A DNA stretch of 64,000 nt, taken from Nitrososphaeria archaeon (GTDB lineage: Archaea; Thermoproteota; Nitrososphaeria; JACIWG01). The notes below the pieces were generated by a model, which saw only the letters and a list, made by a program, of their open reading frames with translations, did not search any database and was not told where the DNA came from. Each line of letters opens with the position of its first letter. Position 1 is the stretch's first letter. The stretch covers positions 1 through 64,000 of the forward strand of contig JBEKIG010000002.1 in NCBI GenBank assembly GCA_050011875.1. Direction: 5' to 3'. Positions 58,864 to 64,000 of the stretch are shown here, in pieces. The position numbers and the translations under genes were made by a program.

Positions 58864-59376
58864 ATGTCAGACGCCTATGAAAGAATCAAAGGGGAACAGG
58901 GATTTCTGGAAAAGATAATGTCATACATACCTGGGTACCATGGGTACAAGGAGAAAGAGCTCAGGAGAGAAACAGATAAATTAGTCAGAGAATTTTCTGT
59001 TCAGAAGTTAAAAGAAGCAAAGATCGCTCTCAATGAAGCAATCAGAGAAGTTTCAGATTCAGGAAATGCCGGTGCGTTCCAATATTCCAACCGCGCAATG
59101 GCTGTACTAGATAGAGTGACAAACAAAATCGAGCACGCTGATTACGGTTATTCCGGCTTCTTCGACGCTATTAAGGTAAGAGAGAATAAGTTGGATAAAC
59201 TGATCGAATTCGACTATACTCTAATTGACCTTTGCAAGTCAATGCAGGAAACAGCAGCTACTGTAGCAGGTCAACCTGACGTGGGCAAAGCGTTCAACGA
59301 TTTTAGAAAAAAGCTGCTTGACGTAGAATCTAAACTTAATAATAGGGAAAGCGTTATTTTCGATATGGGTAAGTAA
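58864..59376 (+). CDS. Conserved hypothetical helical protein upstream of an SPFH gene
   Basis: IPG..GY..KE.RRE.DK..R and A..GYSGFFD..KV.E..L..L..FD pattern. Confidence 0.75.
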   Translation: MSDAYERIKGEQGFLEKIMSYIPGYHGYKEKELRRETDKLVREFSVQKLKEAKIALNEAIREVSDSGNAGAFQYSNRAMAVLDRVTNKIEHADYGYSGFFDAIKVRENKLDKLIEFDYTLIDLCKSMQETAATVAGQPDVGKAFNDFRKKLLDVESKLNNRESVIFDMGK

Positions 59377-59738
59377 TGCAGGAAGTTATTGAATGGCCAA
59401 CACAAGGTGAAAACGATATTTCTGTATAGATATCCAAAAAATATAATTACTTGGGGAAGCTAATTGGTAGTTAGAGAGTAGAAGGAAGCCATATTCTTTA
59501 GAGATGGTAAAGCGTACGATGTATCCTAAGCTGGAAGGCACACGATAACTACGCTCAACCTGCCTTTGCTAACGGGAATACTTAGCAGAATAGTGTGTTT
59601 ATTATAGACCACCTTTTACTACCCGTTGCTGCTAAAACCTCTACAAATTCCAAACTTAATTTCTACACAAATTGTGGACTCCATCTAAAAAGCCTCACTT
59701 CGACACCAAAATTCTGTCCTAACCGTGGAACAAAGTAA
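59376..59738 (+). pseudogene. Degraded SPFH-domain/zinc-ribbon protein
   Basis: MQEVIEW..., then after a frameshift YRYPKNIITWGS*LVVRE*KEAIFFRDGKAYDVS*AGRHTITTLNLPLL; a zinc-ribbon remnant (KFCPNRGTK*) follows after a large deletion. Confidence 0.75.
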
Positions 59739-60258
59739 TTATAAAGCCACATCGCTTATTCACGTTCATATATATGAACAATTATGCAATGTTTCTATTA
59801 AAAGGGATTAATGTGCAGCACGAATTTATTATTAACAGCTTTGTTATCAAACTTGATATCAATATTGATATAGAACCTAGACCATGCATTTTATTAATTA
59901 AAGTGGTTTTATATGTCTGACATTAAGAAAATTGGTGTTGTTTAGAAATAAGGATTTTTTTGTAGGCAGAGACTTTAAAGGCCTTAAAGTTAGTTTCGAT
60001 ATGTAAAAAGAAAAGCGAACAAGAGCCACAATTATACACAAGTATTGATTGATACTATATTCCCAAGTGAAAATCTGTGAACAGGTTTGCCGTAGAGCAG
60101 GCTATAAAATTGTTTGAAGATGGGAGTATTGTTCAGTCAAAGGTAAATTAGATAAGGAAATAATCATATGAACTAAGTGAATAACCGTATAGATCGAGAC
60201 ACATTCACTTCCTCCCAAGTTAAAAGATATATATGTGACGATTTTAAACATTCAGTAA

Positions 60259-61434
60259 GTGTCATATTTGAAAATATCAGAGGTTAAAGCTCTAATTTCA
60301 AAACCTCCACGTTCTTTTGTTTTTGCTAGAGTAATGACAAGCGATGGAATCGTAGGTTACGGTGAAGCAGCATCGGATGGTGCGCCAGAAGTACATGCGG
60401 AGAGCATAAACACTCTAGGAAAAACTATAATTGGCATGGATCCTTTCAACACCGAACTAGCCTATTATACAATGGACAATGCCTTCTTTGGCTGGAATCC
60501 GGAAGCAACCATGCGCGCAACAGGCGCAATAGACGAAGCCTTATTTGATATTAAAGGTAAAGCGTTGAAGACACCAGTCTATAACCTGCTCGGTGGAAAA
60601 TTTCGGGATAAAGTGAAGTTATACTGCCATATCGTGCTAAGGCCAGGAGAGAAAGCTACTCCTGAAACTGTTGCAGAAGGCGCTGTACGCCAAGTTAAAC
60701 TTGGTTTTAGAGCAGTCAAGTTCGACCCTTTCACAACAGTCATGCGAAGTGATATGAATGAGAAGGAGATAGGTTTCGTCTCAATACCTCAGGGAATGAA
60801 TTTTTCCCATGAGCTGACGTTTAAAGCTCTTGAAATGGTGAAGTCGGTAAGAGAAGCCATCGGACCTAAAGTCGATCTGATGCTAGATATTCATGGTAGA
60901 TTCGATGTCGAATCAGCGATAAGAATAGGGAAAAAACTTGAACCATTCGACCTTCTCTTCTACGAAGAGCCTATTCCACCCACTAATGATGAACTTCTCG
61001 CCTACGTACGTAAAAAAGTAGATGTACCGATCTGTGTAGGTGAAAGAAGATATACGTTGGAAAGTTTTAGAAGATTATTTGCACTTAATGCAGCGGATAT
61101 AATTATGCCAGACCACTCTAGGAATGGTGGCATAACGTGGGTGAAGAAGATAGCGGACATGGCTCAAACTTATTTTGTTCCGGTCGCACCTCATGTTGTC
61201 TTCTCCAGCCCTCTAAACGCTGTAATCAGTGCTCAGAACATGGTTTCTATCCCAAACTTCCTAATTCACGAATCCATGGGTCCTCAAAGACTTAAACTCT
61301 ACAAAGATGTTTTAAAGCCAAACGTATTACCTGAAGATGGTTACATTAAAATTTCAGACAGACCCGGTCTAGGCGTTGAACTGAATGAAGAGAGCCTTGA
61401 AATTGAATATGATGAGAGCCTGATTGGATTATAA
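60259..61434 (+). CDS. Mandelate racemase/galactonate dehydratase-like enolase-superfamily enzyme
   Basis: G..GYGEA, ID.AL.DIKGKAL..PVY.LLGG, K.D, D.HG, EEP, GER, APH, PGLG. Confidence 0.9.
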   Translation: MSYLKISEVKALISKPPRSFVFARVMTSDGIVGYGEAASDGAPEVHAESINTLGKTIIGMDPFNTELAYYTMDNAFFGWNPEATMRATGAIDEALFDIKGKALKTPVYNLLGGKFRDKVKLYCHIVLRPGEKATPETVAEGAVRQVKLGFRAVKFDPFTTVMRSDMNEKEIGFVSIPQGMNFSHELTFKALEMVKSVREAIGPKVDLMLDIHGRFDVESAIRIGKKLEPFDLLFYEEPIPPTNDELLAYVRKKVDVPICVGERRYTLESFRRLFALNAADIIMPDHSRNGGITWVKKIADMAQTYFVPVAPHVVFSSPLNAVISAQNMVSIPNFLIHESMGPQRLKLYKDVLKPNVLPEDGYIKISDRPGLGVELNEESLEIEYDESLIGL

Positions 61435-61956
61435 TCTCATCCTCTGATTTTGTCCCCCTTTAGAAGCCCTATTGTAACGTTTCAATCCACTTATTCTGAG
61501 AACTGAATATAATTTTTTAAGATCGACATTAGTTTTTGCAGTAATATCTTTTATTAACGCGCCTTCCTTATACAACTCGATTGCCTTGTTTAACGCTTTA
61601 ATACTGTCTTCTCTGCTCCTTTTAACAAATTTTAACTTCCAATTAAGAAAACAATTTTTAAATTTTTCAAAGTCCTTAGACTTTGCCAGTGGAGGATTAA
61701 TGGAGAAGAAATCGATAATCGGCTTTAACTCATCATATTTTGTCACAGAATAGACGTAAATTGCATTATGTGTGACTCTTTTTGGTTTAAGGACGGAAAT
61801 CTTTCCAACCCCGAAAAAAGCCTGAATCCTTCTGATTATAATATTGTTCTTGCTTGTCACAAAAAATTTAGGATAGTAATGATTATGCGACAATATTATA
61901 GAAAAACTTCCTTGACCATCGACAAATCCGACAACATAGTCTGGAGAGATGTCCAT
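61429..61956 (-). CDS. Single-motif LAGLIDADG-domain protein with C-terminal HTH
   Basis: YVVGFVDGQGSF, I..FFGVG.I, II.FF...P....K..DF..F; C-terminal AIELYKEG..IKDI.......LYS.L. Confidence 0.8.
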   Translation of the reverse strand: MDISPDYVVGFVDGQGSFSIILSHNHYYPKFFVTSKNNIIIRRIQAFFGVGKISVLKPKRVTHNAIYVYSVTKYDELKPIIDFFSINPPLAKSKDFEKFKNCFLNWKLKFVKRSREDSIKALNKAIELYKEGALIKDITAKTNVDLKKLYSVLRISGLKRYNRASKGGQNQRMRL

Positions 61957-62030
61957 TATACGGTTCTCAACAATTCCTAAATAATTAAATCTTTCTAGGA
62001 TATAAAAGAAGACTCTGTGTATTAAAATTT

Positions 62031-62348
62031 CTATTGACCTTGCCTTCTTTTTATTTCAGATATCGCTTTTGTAAGTGTTAGCTTGGCAATAGAACGTGGA
62101 GATATGTTAAACTGGTTATAGAGCCGATTTATCATCGACGGCAATATGAATGATACACCGTAGCCGAAGATGTTAGCGAGAAAAACCTCGAAGTCCTCTA
62201 TATGATCCGCCAACTCTTCTTCTTCTCTTAAGTTGTTGCTGCTCATGAACTTGTATATGATCGCATTCTTTGCATTTTCCCCTAAGAATGATAAGCTATA
62301 GTTTATTACCTATACAACCTTAACTTTAGTTTGGGAGTCAAGTATCAT
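62031..62348 (-). pseudogene. DUF3227/NitrOD5-like small helical protein with in-frame TAG
   Basis: MILDSQTKVKVV*VINYSLSFLGENAKNAIIY...F...L..IFG.G...I...LY; single TAG at 62310-62312 joins two ORF-track frames. Confidence 0.55.
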
Positions 62349-63112
62349 CCTTATTGCACACCAAATCAATTTGTTATCATAAAGACAAATTTTATATAAC
62401 AAAGCAAAATTTTGATAACCAGCAGTAAAGAAAAAATTAATCAAGAAATTGTCCAGCAGATAATATAAGTTATTCCTCCAAAATTCCCTGAATGGGCCAT
62501 TTGATGATGTAGACACCATGGTATAAACATAAAAAACTAGGCAATCATAGAAATTGGCAAATCCTACTTAAATCCGCCAAGCAAAAATGAACAGGTGCAT
62601 TTCAGCAGCAAATTATTATAAAAACCTTCTACCTCTAAAATAGTTGGATTTTTATTGACAAATAATAATGATGTTTTCCTGTCACCAAAACTAAAAAATC
62701 AATTAGACCCATATGACATGAACCTATCACTAAGTGCCAATAGCGTCAAAGCACCCCCATGTCATGACAGGAGCCTTATCGTGGACGATAAATCGATAGA
62801 AACTTATCATAAATTATAAAATTAAGCTCTGATAATAATGTGCTCTATTAATTTGTTTAATTTGTACCTTAAAACTCACTTTTTCATAACCAATAATTTG
62901 TTATCAAGTTTGATATCAAGCTTGAATAATTAAGACAATTGCCAGAATAAAAAATAAGATAATTTTGCACTAATGTCTTCTTCCTTTTCGACTCTTAAGC
63001 CATTTGTCCAATACTTGATATCATCTTATTTGCAAATTCCCACATCTTTTGGCACTGCATCAAATGATTGTTCGTCGTTTATTTGAACTACATTTTTTCT
63101 ATAAAATAGAGG

Positions 63113-64000
63113 TTAGGTTCTAAAGACGATGTGTACTTTGTTTCCTGTTGGGTCGGTTTTCTTTAGGTATGCTAACTTGAAGCCTGGCGCGATTATTGGC
63201 TGTTTAAGTTCGATGTCTTTTTCTTTTAGGTAGTTGTATGCGGCTTCAAAATTTGACACGTTTATTGCTATGTGTGTTCGTGTTTCCTTTTCATACACTT
63301 TCATGACTTCTATTTTTCCAATACTTGTCCCTGTTAGCATTATCGACGATGGCCCTTCTTCTTTTGCGAAGCCAAAGGTTTTAGTGTACCAGTCAGCTAT
63401 TTGCGTAGCATTTGCGGTTTCTGTTGGATATATTGCTATATGTTCAACGCCTAAAAATATGGATGTGCCTTTTGCTTCTCGTATCCATTGCAAGCATTCT
63501 TTAGTCTTCTCTTTTATTGTTTGGAAGTCTACTGGTTTAACTAAGTTTTTGACTATCAGGTTTGAGCCCAAGTTTATTGCTGCCGCGCCCGCTCTTATCC
63601 AACTTGAAATGCCTTCCTTTGTGGCTTCTACGCCTCCTGAGGGCATAAGTTTTAGCCATGGAAATGGGCCGAGCAAGTCTTTTATAAATTGCGGGCCTAG
63701 TACGTCTGCTGGAAATATTTTGATTATGTCAGCGCCCATCTCTTCTGCCATGGATATTTCTGATGGAGTACTGCATCCTGGAATATATAATGTATTGTAT
63801 CTATTACATGTCTTTGCCACATCTGCGTTGAATATAGGTCCCACGATAAAGTTTGCTCCACAATTGATGTAGAGTGAGGCTGCTGATGGCTCGACTATTG
63901 TGCCAGCTCCTAGGATGAAGTCTGGAAACTCTCTATCCTTCCATTTTACTAGTTCGCTAAAGACTTGATATGCTAATGCGCCGCGGTTTGTGAACTCAAC
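63113..64000 (-). CDS. eda: KDPG/KHG aldolase fused to C-terminal VOC (glyoxalase-like) domain; 5' end outside the window
   Basis: EFTNRG, GAGT, GANFIVGP, PGC.TPSEI..A...G...IKIFP, MPSGGV; VOC motifs EHIAI...WY...FG, HIAI.V, DP.GN. Confidence 0.88.
   Translation of the reverse strand, partial: VEFTNRGALAYQVFSELVKWKDREFPDFILGAGTIVEPSAASLYINCGANFIVGPIFNADVAKTCNRYNTLYIPGCSTPSEISMAEEMGADIIKIFPADVLGPQFIKDLLGPFPWLKLMPSGGVEATKEGISSWIRAGAAAINLGSNLIVKNLVKPVDFQTIKEKTKECLQWIREAKGTSIFLGVEHIAIYPTETANATQIADWYTKTFGFAKEEGPSSIMLTGTSIGKIEVMKVYEKETRTHIAINVSNFEAAYNYLKEKDIELKQPIIAPGFKLAYLKKTDPTGNKVHIVFRT

Noticed and set aside
62310-62312. In-frame TAG as possible pyrrolysine or recoding site
   Set aside because: Many intact genes here end in TAG, no pyl genes are in the window, and other pseudogenes have TAA stops and frameshifts; a nonsense mutation is simpler.
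273-63872. Many antisense or overlapping ORFs (e.g. 460..969, 5324..5773, 31642..32169, 49336..49971, 51759..52295, 63234..63872)
   Set aside because: They are shadows of well-supported genes on the opposite strand and have no motifs of their own.
1-64000. CRISPR array, cas genes, rRNA or full-length tRNA genes
   Set aside because: No regularly spaced repeats, cas motifs or complete cloverleaf seen by eye.

Overview
Archaeal genomic window, probably a TACK-superphylum lineage such as Bathyarchaeia or a relative. This is inferred from deoxyhypusine synthase, a form III-like Rubisco, AMP phosphorylase, a SAMP/MoaD protein and BRE/TATA-type promoters. Most of the window is AT-rich housekeeping and catabolic genes: metal and Mo/W-type ABC transporters, PolX-PHP, NadE, LonC-type protease and sugar-acid enzymes. 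Main discovery: a complete 4,771-bp unit transposon (36712-41482) with perfect 22-bp IS6-like terminal inverted repeats and a 9-bp target duplication. It carries one IS6-family transposase, an RHH regulator, two or three small proteins, a ~115-nt nested stem-loop (candidate ncRNA) and a two-gene operon of large unrecognised proteins. Other points of interest: (1) a Rubisco with an apparently complete active site embedded among sugar-acid catabolic genes; (2) a membrane-anchored wHTH regulator with a tandem palindromic operator among Thr-rich surface proteins; (3) an unannotated 7-Cys desulforedoxin-like microprotein; (4) a free-standing LAGLIDADG-HTH protein with Gln at the catalytic position; (5) a dispersed TATCAA-NN-TTGATA motif; (6) several decaying genes. 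All family calls come from motifs read by eye; no database searches were run.
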